Shown one piece after another: positions 1 to 9,056 of a stretch of 64,000 bases of DNA. A program made the translations under genes and the position numbers. Each line of letters opens with the position of its first letter. Positions within the stretch are counted from its first letter, which is position 1. Under the pieces are notes generated by a model. The model worked only from the letters and a program-made list of their open reading frames with translations, ran no database searches and was not told where the DNA came from. The DNA is from Methanothrix sp. (GTDB lineage: Archaea > Halobacteriota > Methanosarcinia > Methanotrichales > Methanotrichaceae), in the NCBI GenBank assembly GCA_963682135.1, contig OY821645.1, positions 1,312,001-1,376,000 on the forward strand, written 5' to 3'.

Positions 1-534
1 ATTGTTAGTGCATCTGGTAATCATGGCCTGTAGACCATAAGTTCGGGCATAGGCCTGCACAAAGACGTCTCCCGCCGCTTTGCTGGCGGAATAGGGCGAT
101 GAAGGTCGAAGGGTGCTCCCTTCTGTAAAAGAGCCATCCATTATATCCCCATAAACTTCGTCGGTGGATATTTGCACAAACCTGGCTGTAGAATTATGAA
201 GTCTTATAGCCTCCAGGAGATTAAATACACCCAGAACATTACTTTGCAGGAACGAGTCGGGTTTCGCAATCGACCTATCCACATGAGTCTCTGCGGCAAA
301 GCTGACTACAGCATCTACATTCTTGATTAAACCGGTGACAAATTCCCTATCTGCTATGTCCCCCTTCCGGAAAGTATATCTGTCATTATTCTTAAATTTC
401 AACAGATTATTCTGGTTGGAGCCGTACCGCAAGTCATCAACATTTAATATTCGGCAGTCATCGTGTTCATGCAACATCAACCTTATGAAGTTGCTTCCTA
501 TGAATCCAAGACCGCCAGTAACAAGAAGCTTCAT
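1..534 (-). CDS. rfbB: dTDP-glucose 4,6-dehydratase (5' part; runs off the window start)
   Basis: Not in the ORF track. The reverse complement from ATG at 534 reads MKLLVTGGLGFIGSNFIR..., later FAAETHVDRSI, ISTDEVYG and YSASKA, which are extended-SDR/RmlB motifs. It lies immediately downstream of rfbA. Confidence 0.92.
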   Translation of the reverse strand, partial: MKLLVTGGLGFIGSNFIRLMLHEHDDCRILNVDDLRYGSNQNNLLKFKNNDRYTFRKGDIADREFVTGLIKNVDAVVSFAAETHVDRSIAKPDSFLQSNVLGVFNLLEAIRLHNSTARFVQISTDEVYGDIMDGSFTEGSTLRPSSPYSASKAAGDVFVQAYARTYGLQAMITRCTNN

Positions 535-539
535 TTAAA

Positions 540-1592
540 TCACAGCGATATCTCGGAGTTGTCGCCCACAATGAGCCTGTTTCCCTTGGGCAGGGCCTCA
601 CCCTCTTGGATGCGGACGTTTCTGCCGATGAGACTCTCTACGATCTTTCCTGCATTGACTATCCGGCTATCATCCATAATTATGGTATCCTCTATCTCCG
701 TTCCACATATTCTGCATCCATCTCCCACAGAGGTATACGGACCGATATAAGAATCAGAGATGACGCTACCATTTCCTATTATGCAGGGCCCCTTTATCAC
801 CGATCTCTCGATCCTTGCCTCTTTTTCAATTATGACCCTGCCCATGACCCTTGAATCCTCCATCCGGCCCTCATTTTTGGTTGTGATATCATCCAGGATG
901 AGGCGATTGGCCTCAAAGATATCCTCAGGCTTACCGGTATCTTTCCACCACCCTTCTACAAAAGAGGCATCGACCTTATAACCGTTCTCGATGAGCCATT
1001 GAATGGCATCTGTTATCTCCAGTTCATTTCTCCAGGAGGGCTTGATGGCCTTACAGGCATCGATTATCAAAGGCCTAAAGAAGTAAACGCCTACCAACGC
1101 ATAATTGGAGGGAGGAACTTTGGGCTTTTCCACCAGACGTCTAATGCTTCCATCCGGATTTAAGTCGGCAACTCCAAAGCGCTGAGGATCATTAACCTGA
1201 GTAAGAAGCACACTGGCATCACTCTTTAAGCTATTAAACCTCTCCTTATGTCGCACTATGCCGTCTCGGAGGATATTGTCTCCCAGATACATCACAAAAT
1301 CGTCATCCAGAAAATTTTCTGCGACCAATATGGTATGGGCAAGACCCCTGGGCTCCCCCTGATAGATGAACTCGATTGGAACATCCCAGGGTCCGGCTCG
1401 CACTGTATCTATCACTTGATCCTTATTCGGGCCCAGGATTATGCCGATCTCATCGGCTCCGGCTTCGATAACATCTTCAATGGCGTAGAAGAGTACGGGC
1501 TTATTGGCCACCGGAATGAGCTGTTTTTGCTGAGAATAAGTAAGAGGACGAAGCCTGGTTCCAGACCCACCGGATAATATGAGAGCTTTCAC
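540..1592 (-). CDS. rfbA: glucose-1-phosphate thymidylyltransferase (long form with C-terminal hexapeptide-like region)
   Basis: MKALILSGGSGTRLRPLT, KQLIPVANKP, EKP, RNELEITDAI and WWKDTG motifs; adjacent to rfbB. Confidence 0.92.
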   Translation of the reverse strand: MKALILSGGSGTRLRPLTYSQQKQLIPVANKPVLFYAIEDVIEAGADEIGIILGPNKDQVIDTVRAGPWDVPIEFIYQGEPRGLAHTILVAENFLDDDFVMYLGDNILRDGIVRHKERFNSLKSDASVLLTQVNDPQRFGVADLNPDGSIRRLVEKPKVPPSNYALVGVYFFRPLIIDACKAIKPSWRNELEITDAIQWLIENGYKVDASFVEGWWKDTGKPEDIFEANRLILDDITTKNEGRMEDSRVMGRVIIEKEARIERSVIKGPCIIGNGSVISDSYIGPYTSVGDGCRICGTEIEDTIIMDDSRIVNAGKIVESLIGRNVRIQEGEALPKGNRLIVGDNSEISL

Positions 1593-1655
1593 GAATATAC
1601 CTCAACGCAACATCTTGATAGCTCAGGATTTGCATAGGCCAAGATATACTCTTCG

Positions 1656-2840
1656 TTAAGGTCCCGGATAGATGACCTCGATATTCTCCATGTTCAATAT
1701 CAGCTTGCGCAGTTCCTCGCAGTTTATGGGATGCTTGAACTCGCTGCACATCTTCACCCGTTCTGATAGATCCCCCAACTCCTTGTCCTTTAAATAGTAG
1801 CCCATTCTCTGGGTGATGTATTTTAGAGCCTTGGCTCCGGTGTGCTTGCCTATGATGATGTGCCGGGCAGCGCCCACCATTTCCGGCGAGTAGAGCTCAT
1901 AGGTCCTGGGCTCTTCCAGAACAGCAGCTACATGAATTCCGGATTCATGAGCAAAAGCATTGCTGCCCACCACGGCTTTATTCTTAGCTACCGGAACCTC
2001 TGAATAGGTCTCCACCAGCTTAGAGAGGTCTTTTACCTTAGTGAGATCGTAAGAATTCAGGTCATAATGCAGCCTTAAGGCCACCAGCAGCTCTTCTAAA
2101 GGCGTGTTGCCGCTGCGCTCTCCGATGCCGTTTACTGTAGTGTGCAGTTGCTTTGCCCCTGCTTCCGCGCCTGCCAGGGTATTGGCCAGGGCCATTCCCA
2201 GGTCGTCATGACAGTGCATGCAGATGGGGATTTTGACAATTTTTTTCAGCTCGCTTATCATGTAATATGTCGTGCGCGGATTCATAATCCCCACAGTATC
2301 GGCGACGCTGATATAATCGGCATGGTAATCCTCTGCCTTCCTGTAAAGCTTCTTTAGAATCTCAAAATCGGTGCGCGTGGCATCTTCAGCCGAGAAGCGC
2401 ACAATCAGGCCATGATCTTTGGCATACTCCACCGTTTGCAGTGCGCAAGAAATCGCCTCGGGACAGCTCATGTGCAGCTTATACTTGAGATGAAGGTCAG
2501 AGGTAGCGATGAAGACGCTGACCATGTCGGCTCCGCATTCGATGGCAGCGTCGACATCCTTCTTGACGGACCGGCAGAGAGCTGAAATCTTGGCATCAAG
2601 TCCCAGATTGCAGACCTCTTTTACGGCATTCATCTCTGCTGCGGATACGACAGGAAAACCGGCTTCTATGACCTCGACACCGATCTCATCCAGCCGCAAG
2701 GCAATATCCAGCTTTTCATCGGCGCGAAAGACTACACCCGGCATCTGCTCACCGTCGCGAAGGGTTACATCGCATATCTCGATGTCCAGTGGCGGTGTCT
2801 TAGCTAATGCCAAGAATTGATTGAGGGAGTAGTCTTGCAT
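1656..2840 (-). CDS. homocitrate synthase / isopropylmalate synthase family protein (AksA-like, probably coenzyme B 2-oxoacid elongation)
   Basis: DVTLRDGEQ, HCHDDLG, GIGERSGN and FAHESGIH DRE-TIM motifs; no LeuA regulatory domain. Confidence 0.85.
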   Translation of the reverse strand: MQDYSLNQFLALAKTPPLDIEICDVTLRDGEQMPGVVFRADEKLDIALRLDEIGVEVIEAGFPVVSAAEMNAVKEVCNLGLDAKISALCRSVKKDVDAAIECGADMVSVFIATSDLHLKYKLHMSCPEAISCALQTVEYAKDHGLIVRFSAEDATRTDFEILKKLYRKAEDYHADYISVADTVGIMNPRTTYYMISELKKIVKIPICMHCHDDLGMALANTLAGAEAGAKQLHTTVNGIGERSGNTPLEELLVALRLHYDLNSYDLTKVKDLSKLVETYSEVPVAKNKAVVGSNAFAHESGIHVAAVLEEPRTYELYSPEMVGAARHIIIGKHTGAKALKYITQRMGYYLKDKELGDLSERVKMCSEFKHPINCEELRKLILNMENIEVIYPGP

Positions 2841-2905
2841 AACGGGCTAATAGTGATAATTCATTACATAAATCGGTTTCGAAGGAAATGAGTTTCCGGC
2901 AATTT

Positions 2906-4231
2906 CTAGAGATTGGCAAAACGTTCCAATATCCATCTGTTTCGCACTTCAGGATGGAATAAGATACCATAAGTAGGATGAGCGGCGTGCTGGAAAGCCA
3001 GGGCCGCATCAGCTCTTCCTGCCAGGAGCGATAATCCCTGCGGCAATGTCACTGCATAGTTATGAAGGTGATAGCCTTCTATCCGCCGCGGCTCGCCCAG
3101 CAGTGGCGAGGCCCTGAAGATCTCGATCTCTTCCAGGCCAATAGCTCGATTTTGCACAATAGATCCTCCATAGACGCTGCCAATTACCTGCATCCCGGCA
3201 CAGATGCCCAAAATGGGCTTTTTTGAATCCTTTATCCAGGAGAAGAGAGGCAAATGCTCGGCATACTCATTATCGAGCAGAGCTGTTCCGCAGAGGATAA
3301 TCTTATCGTAGCTGGCAAGCGCTCGCAGCGTGACCTCTGTATAATGCAGAATTTCGCAGAAGAATCCTGCCTGCATCAATGTATCTCTAATGGGATGGAC
3401 AAATTCGTAATGAGATAGGCAGCCTCTTTCGAAGCACAGGTCAACCAGGAGTATGCGCCTTGCGCGGGGCACTATTTTCGCTGAGTTTTGTCCGACGTCG
3501 CCAGGATTTTCTTCACCAATTTCAGGACTTTCAGGAATTGCCAACCCTGCCGGCTTCTCCACCAGACGCATCTCTTCTATGACAAACTGCCCTCGATAGT
3601 TGGCAAAGCTCTCGGATGCCTTCATGATCTCGATTCTCTTCTGGAAGAATGGAGCATCCAGGACGAAGGTCTCCAGCTCCCCACCCTCTCCGGAAGGATT
3701 TATGCGGTATTTTTTCTCGAGCTGCTCGAGCATCCGTATGCGCTCCTCCGTCAACTCTGCGCCCAACCAGGTGGCATCAAAGGGATAGGCATAGACTCCA
3801 GAGATGATGATGGAAAAGTTTTCCTTTAAAAGCCCTCGGAGGTAAGCGATCTGATTTGTCTGCCAGAGAGGATTATAGCACCAGAGATTCTGGCTGCGAC
3901 AGATCCTTTGCACGCGGGCCGCCTGGTAGACAGACTCGATGGCACCGGTGACTATTCCCTGGATACCATATCTTTCACGGGCTGCATCAATTGCCGCCGA
4001 CAGGTCCGTAAGCTCCTCTTCTTTGATGCCGTGCGTGGGCCAGGTGAGCAGCGGAATGCCCATGGCCTTCGCCTGCAGGCCGGTGCGAGCAATGTTGGGC
4101 GTATGGAACATGTAGCTGTCCGGATTCTGCGAGACCAGAGTTATCAGGCAGGCCACCTCGTTTCTTTCCAAAGCCCGGCGGCAGGCAAAGACTGAATCCT
4201 TGCCGCCTGAGAAGAGCACGCCCAGTTTCAT
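2906..4231 (-). CDS. diphthine--ammonia ligase (Dph6/DUF71 ATP pyrophosphatase) family domain fused to a class I glutamine amidotransferase domain
   Basis: N-terminal LFSGGKDS PP-loop, SYMFH, GAIESVYQ and GEGGELETFV; a Pro/Glu-rich linker; C-terminal LGICAGMQ and FHPE (Cys-His-Glu triad). Confidence 0.85.
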   Translation of the reverse strand: MKLGVLFSGGKDSVFACRRALERNEVACLITLVSQNPDSYMFHTPNIARTGLQAKAMGIPLLTWPTHGIKEEELTDLSAAIDAARERYGIQGIVTGAIESVYQAARVQRICRSQNLWCYNPLWQTNQIAYLRGLLKENFSIIISGVYAYPFDATWLGAELTEERIRMLEQLEKKYRINPSGEGGELETFVLDAPFFQKRIEIMKASESFANYRGQFVIEEMRLVEKPAGLAIPESPEIGEENPGDVGQNSAKIVPRARRILLVDLCFERGCLSHYEFVHPIRDTLMQAGFFCEILHYTEVTLRALASYDKIILCGTALLDNEYAEHLPLFSWIKDSKKPILGICAGMQVIGSVYGGSIVQNRAIGLEEIEIFRASPLLGEPRRIEGYHLHNYAVTLPQGLSLLAGRADAALAFQHAAHPTYGILFHPEVRNRWILERFANL

Positions 4232-4282
4232 CAGGCTTGGAAAATATACTCTTCAGCTAATAAAGGATATTGTCATAATGGT

Positions 4283-5788
4283 CTACGGCGCACCTGGCGA
4301 ATCCAGGTCGAGCATCCGCCAGATCTTCGCCATATCCAAGCTTGCCTCTACAGCCGCGGCCAGCTGCTCAAAGCCATCTCCCTTCGCCGCCCTAGCCCCC
4401 AATTCAGTCTCGTGAGATGAGCCCATGCCCCGGCCCTGACCGAGACCTTTGCGACGACTGAGAAAATCGAGAAAAGCATTGCGGAAGCTTTCATTCTCGA
4501 AGAGGCCATGCAGGTAAGTGCCGATCACCATTCCACTCTCAGATACAGCGCCGTCGTCATCAAAGGCCTTCTGGCCCTTGGGGCTGGTCACGCCCATGTG
4601 AATCTCGTAGCCCGTGACGATTTGGCCGCGGATCGGCTCCAGGATGGGGCCGCCGCCCGTGACGACCTTTTTCACCTGCACTGTCCTCTTCTCATAGAGG
4701 TCGAAGCGGGTCACTGCATCCAAGAGACCGAGTCCGGGGATAGTCCCTGCGCTGTCCTCGACTCCGCTGTCGATGATCTCTTGCCCCAGCATCTGGTAGC
4801 CTCCGCAGATGCCGAGGACGGGGGTATCAACGCAGGATTTTATCTGATCGGCCATGCCCTTTTCCTGCATCTCCCGCAGATCTGAGACCGTGTTCTTGGT
4901 TCCGGGTATGATTATCGCATCCGGATGGCCCAATGGCTCGGAGAGGTTCACATAGCGAACGTGCGCCTGTCGTTCCAGGGGCTCGAAGTCGGTGAAGTTG
5001 CTGATGCGCGGCAGCCTGATCACGGCAATCTCGATCGCATCTGCCGCAGCAGAGCGGGCCTTCTTGTCACCCAAAGAGACAGAGTCCTCGGAGGGGATAT
5101 TCAGATCGAGATAAGGCATGACGCCCAGCACGGGCACGCCGGTGAGCTTTTCCAGCGTCTTCAGGCCGCTGCCTAAAATAGCAGGATCGCCCCGGAATTT
5201 GTTGATCACAAGGCCCTTTACGAGTGGCCGGATGTCCTCAGGCAAGAGCTGCACCGTGCCGAAAAGGCTGGCAAAGACGCCGCCCCGCTCGATATCCCCT
5301 ACCAAAATTATGGGGGCATTAAGGCGGCGAGCCACGTAGATATTGGCTAGGTCCCTATCGAAAAGATTGATCTCTGCCGCTCCGCCCGCGCCTTCTACTA
5401 CGATGTAGTCGTAGTCCTTCTCCAGCTCTTGCAGGGAGCGGTCCACTACCACCTTGAGATCATCGATATCTCGATAGTACTCCTCTGCCGATTTGTCAGC
5501 CATAGGCTTGCCCAGAACGATGACCTGGGAGGTGCGGTCGCCCTTGGGCTTGAGGAGGATGGGATTCATGAACTGCGTCGGCTCCACCCTGGCCGCCCAA
5601 GCCTGCACCGCCTGGGCGATGCCGATCTCCGAGCCGTTTTGGGTGACCCAGGAGTTGAGGCTCATATTCTGGGATTTGAAGGGCGCAACCTTCAGGCCGC
5701 GATCAGAGAGCAGGCGACAGAGGGCCGCAACAAGAGTGCTCTTGCCGGAATGGGAGGTGGTGCCGAGGACCACGATAAAGCGAGACAT
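4283..5788 (-). CDS. cobQ: cobyric acid synthase
   Basis: GTTSHSGKS, PFKSQNMSLNS, EGAGG, DIERGGVFA, ISNFTD, GICGGYQMLG and GTYLHG motifs. Confidence 0.95.
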   Translation of the reverse strand: MSRFIVVLGTTSHSGKSTLVAALCRLLSDRGLKVAPFKSQNMSLNSWVTQNGSEIGIAQAVQAWAARVEPTQFMNPILLKPKGDRTSQVIVLGKPMADKSAEEYYRDIDDLKVVVDRSLQELEKDYDYIVVEGAGGAAEINLFDRDLANIYVARRLNAPIILVGDIERGGVFASLFGTVQLLPEDIRPLVKGLVINKFRGDPAILGSGLKTLEKLTGVPVLGVMPYLDLNIPSEDSVSLGDKKARSAAADAIEIAVIRLPRISNFTDFEPLERQAHVRYVNLSEPLGHPDAIIIPGTKNTVSDLREMQEKGMADQIKSCVDTPVLGICGGYQMLGQEIIDSGVEDSAGTIPGLGLLDAVTRFDLYEKRTVQVKKVVTGGGPILEPIRGQIVTGYEIHMGVTSPKGQKAFDDDGAVSESGMVIGTYLHGLFENESFRNAFLDFLSRRKGLGQGRGMGSSHETELGARAAKGDGFEQLAAAVEASLDMAKIWRMLDLDSPGAP

Positions 5789-5945
5789 GCGACGCGGGAA
5801 TGGGGTGCAAGTTTATTTGCCTTTTGGAATGTTGGGTTTTTCTAATGATTATGATTGATCTGGCAACAAAAGGATAACGGAGCTGGATGGTCTACAGATG
5901 CTCCCGATAAGACTATCCAGCTAAAAACGAAAGAATTAATTATTG

Positions 5946-6302
5946 CTAAGCTTTTACCGATTTTTTCCTCCAGCGCCAGTTTATTTCTGGTTCTACCCCC
6001 CATCGCATCATAAATTCTTTAGCAGAAATTGGAGGTTCGCCATTAGCCGAAACCCATCCCCCAGGCGTAAATCCAGCCGGTTGCCTTTGTTCAGGACCGG
6101 TCCAGGGCACGCACTTATAGGCATTATCCAATTCTCCGGGGGTGACCGACCCGTCTCCAAGCGAAATATATCCGCAATTTCCGCATACTAATATAACTTT
6201 TTTTCCTTGTTTTATTCTATCCAAGATTTTTTGGCGTGGTACATCCTGAGTGGAGCCACAAGATGTATTATTGCACTTCCAAGTATAATTTCCCTCTACC
6301 AT
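5946..6302 (-). CDS. hypothetical protein with putative zinc-binding Cys pairs
   Basis: 118-aa ORF with CNNTSC and CGNC motifs, an AT-rich upstream region, and no competing plausible ORF. Confidence 0.6.
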   Translation of the reverse strand: MVEGNYTWKCNNTSCGSTQDVPRQKILDRIKQGKKVILVCGNCGYISLGDGSVTPGELDNAYKCVPWTGPEQRQPAGFTPGGWVSANGEPPISAKEFMMRWGVEPEINWRWRKKSVKA

Positions 6303-6470
6303 GGCCTGTCCTTCCCTAAACTTATCTTAAATTCGTATTTGCTAGTATATAAGTATATCATTGCATACATATAACATAGAACTGCACATATATAATATTA
6401 ATAAAATCATTTTAGTTGCAGCAAACGATAACAATCCCTCATTTACAGAAAAGATAGAAAATTGGAAATT

Positions 6471-6535
6471 AAACTGCGCGCGGCCACCCCACCCCAAAGG
6501 GATAGGGGATGCCTCGGTCCGCGCGCCCTGGTTGG
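6471..6535. mobile_element. GC-rich nested hairpin resembling an IS200/IS605-family end
   Basis: Perfect 8-bp stem GCGCGCGG (6476-6483)/CCGCGCGC (6519-6526) enclosing CCCC-ACCCC-AAA-GGG-ATA-GGGG, in AT-rich surroundings. The family assignment is from recalled resemblance only. Confidence 0.4.
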
Positions 6536-6557
6536 CCGGATTTCAGAAACATCCGAA

Positions 6558-6611
6558 GATAGCACCCCAGTTTAAATGGAATTAACCGGATAGCGCCCCA
6601 GTTTAACTGGA
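6558..6611. repeat. 23-bp direct repeat, 2 copies, 31-bp period
   Basis: GATAGCACCCCAGTTTAAATGGA (6558-6580) and GATAGCGCCCCAGTTTAACTGGA (6589-6611), 2 mismatches. Confidence 0.8.
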
Positions 6612-7450
6612 GCGTCTCGAGTCCAATTGAGATGTGGCTGTACACTATGGACAAAGACATTATCTCTCTTCAACTGATAATACGCAGAGGTATCGTCAAC
6701 GTTCAAACCATCAAACTTAGGGGATTGAGACTCTGTTGTATTATTAGCTGTACCGACGATAGTGTCGAAGTCATCTGCCGTTATACCACTTGGCGAAATA
6801 TCCTTTTTATTTGTTTCTTCCAGATCGTTTTTCAATTTTGCTTGCATCTTCGTTGCGTTTAGATCCGAATCACCAGATTCAGGTATTCCTGTAAGGATAC
6901 TGTCAAGATCTATCGATGCCAATTGAGACGCTAGACGAAGTGTATCATATTCAGGGGTTTTGACTTCTGTAAATGATGATTTAAAATTAAACATACCTTC
7001 AACTTTAGAAGCTACAAGATCATTATTTAGAGGCCCATCTGTGCTAATTTTGAGAGATTCACTCATTGTGCCATTTGCTTTCACATTAAAATAGGTAGCC
7101 ACTCCAGTGTTATCATCAAATTTTGCCATATTGCTCGATGAAATATTATCTCCTAAGAAAATTGTACTGTGACTCATCCCATAGGCGTTCAAGCTCATTG
7201 AATAGCCATTACCTCCGCGGGTAGAATTTTTGAGGATATATCGGGAGAAGAGCTTGGAAAAACCATAATCGGATTCGAGTATTCTAGTACATACTTGATC
7301 ACCAGATCCATTCACTGAGTCATGTGCAAATTCGTCATTTGTCTTGGAATCTAGTCTTCCAGACACAACATAAGTTGATTGATATACATATGCCGTTGAC
7401 CAAGATGATAATAGCATAAATCCAATTATTAACAAGTTTATGGACCGCAT
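6572..7450 (-). CDS. hypothetical secreted protein (Ser/Thr/Asn/Asp-rich)
   Basis: 292-aa ORF with a signal-peptide-like N-terminus (MRSINLLIIGFMLLSSWSTA), many N-x-S/T sequons and AT-rich codons. Confidence 0.7.
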   Translation of the reverse strand: MRSINLLIIGFMLLSSWSTAYVYQSTYVVSGRLDSKTNDEFAHDSVNGSGDQVCTRILESDYGFSKLFSRYILKNSTRGGNGYSMSLNAYGMSHSTIFLGDNISSSNMAKFDDNTGVATYFNVKANGTMSESLKISTDGPLNNDLVASKVEGMFNFKSSFTEVKTPEYDTLRLASQLASIDLDSILTGIPESGDSDLNATKMQAKLKNDLEETNKKDISPSGITADDFDTIVGTANNTTESQSPKFDGLNVDDTSAYYQLKRDNVFVHSVQPHLNWTRDAPVKLGRYPVNSI

Positions 7451-7660
7451 ATTCCCTCACCATCCGCAATAATTGTCGAAATGCTATTTAGAGCTTTTCC
7501 ACACAATATTTTGCGAAAAAGTCTGATGGGAGAACGGTCAAATCGCCTGCTACTCCCAACCAAAAAGGACCGGGGGTGCCTCTGGATTAGCTCGATAGGG
7601 ATTTTGCATTGGGTTTCCCCTGAGACCCCCAAATCCCTTAGAGACAATAGTTATCGAAAA

Positions 7661-7725
7661 GAGTTATCTTCATCCCCGGCCCTAAGGCAGGTATTCCTGA
7701 CCCCCACTTCTCCCGAAGTAGGAAA
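7661..7725. mobile_element. degenerate IS200/IS605-like end motif
   Basis: TTCATCCCCGGCCCTAAGGCAGGTATTCC resembles the TTCATCCCC..CTAAAG..GGGGT hairpin ends of IS200/IS605 elements. Pairing is imperfect and no transposase is nearby. Confidence 0.3.
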
Positions 7726-7752
7726 AAGAGGCTATCAGGCAGAGCAATCCAT

Positions 7753-8613
7753 TCACACATTTGCCGTGCGGCTGTAATCCACCAGCGCCATCAGGATGTC
7801 TTTGTCCTTTAGCATCCCCATCAGTTTTCCGCTGGATGTGACCACCGGCATCTGGTCGATTCTATTCTTGTGCATTATGGCCGCACATTTTCCGACCTCA
7901 TCTTTTTTGTAACCAGTGATGGGCGGCACCATAGCCTCGGAGACGAGAATATTTTTCAGCTTAATCCGCGAAACGGTGTAATACTTGCTGATGCTCTGCA
8001 TGATCCGGTCCCACATCCAGGTATCCTCTCCGTCATTGGCGGACATATCCGTCTTCTCAACAGTATCCTCGATAACACTGGTCTTGATGAGATCGCGGTC
8101 CGAGATCATGCCCACCAGCTTGAGACTGCTATCGATGACTGGGCAGGCCTCCACTGCGGCAAACTCCATAATCGAACCGGCTACAGCCAGAGGCATCTCG
8201 CTCCAGAGCACCACGGTCTCTTTCTCTAAATAGGGTTGTATGCTCTCCTTTATTCCCAGGTCGGCGGTCACCCGGACGATGTCGGCAACGGTGATAATGC
8301 CTACCAGCTTAATGCCCTCCACCACAGGAAGCCGCCGGATATCGTGCTTGATCAGCAGCCTGCAAGCCTCGATTATGCTCTTGTCCGGACTTATCACCAC
8401 AGGATCACGAGACATAAGCAGAGCCGTCTGGTCCTCATCGCGATTGCGCAGCAGGTCGGTCCTGGTTATCATGCCCACGACCTCACCCTTCTTTATTACA
8501 GGAACGCCGGAGACCTTGTGGTCCTGTAGCGTCTTCAAGACATCATCCCTGCTCCCGGGGATGGCGACAAAAGCCACATCCTGGACCATTACGTCCCTGA
8601 CGAGAATGCTCAA
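7753..8613 (-). CDS. CBS domain-containing protein (two CBS pairs)
   Basis: Repeated CBS motifs: VSGVPV..VGMIT, IRRLPVV..LVGIIT, CPVID..LVGMIS, IDQMPVV..LMGML. Confidence 0.88.
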   Translation of the reverse strand: MSILVRDVMVQDVAFVAIPGSRDDVLKTLQDHKVSGVPVIKKGEVVGMITRTDLLRNRDEDQTALLMSRDPVVISPDKSIIEACRLLIKHDIRRLPVVEGIKLVGIITVADIVRVTADLGIKESIQPYLEKETVVLWSEMPLAVAGSIMEFAAVEACPVIDSSLKLVGMISDRDLIKTSVIEDTVEKTDMSANDGEDTWMWDRIMQSISKYYTVSRIKLKNILVSEAMVPPITGYKKDEVGKCAAIMHKNRIDQMPVVTSSGKLMGMLKDKDILMALVDYSRTANV

Positions 8614-9047
8614 GTCTGCTCCCTCGGAATGGTCAGTACTGGAATCTTGGAGCTTCTTACCACCTTTTCGGCTACACTGCCCAGCAGGAACTTATCAAGA
8701 CCACTGCGCCCCACCGCACCCATGATGATAATATCCATGCCATTCGACTGCGCATAGCTTACGATCTCGCTGCCGGGATTTCCCTCAACCACGACGCCCT
8801 CAGAGGCAACGCCCATATGCTTGGCCAGCGTTTCCACATGTTTCAAGGCCTCTTTTCCTTCCTTGAGCAGAAGCTCTCGAATGCTGAATAGCAGCATATC
8901 ATCCGGCAGATGGCTCGTCCGATTGGTGTCTGCTACATAGATTGCAGTAACCTTTCCGCCTGATATCTTTCCCAGCTCCAATGCCACTTTGGCAGCCCTT
9001 AATCCGTGCTCTGATCCGTCGGTTGCAACTAGAATCTTCTCAAACAT
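8610..9047 (-). CDS. universal stress protein (UspA family)
   Basis: KILVATDGS and MGAVGRSGLDKFLLGSVAEKVVRSSKIPVL. Confidence 0.93.
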   Translation of the reverse strand: MFEKILVATDGSEHGLRAAKVALELGKISGGKVTAIYVADTNRTSHLPDDMLLFSIRELLLKEGKEALKHVETLAKHMGVASEGVVVEGNPGSEIVSYAQSNGMDIIIMGAVGRSGLDKFLLGSVAEKVVRSSKIPVLTIPREQT

Positions 9048-9056
9048 GATTAACCC

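Noticed and set aside
6558-6611. Possible mini-CRISPR array
   Set aside because: There are only two copies, separated by 8 bp, and no cas genes.
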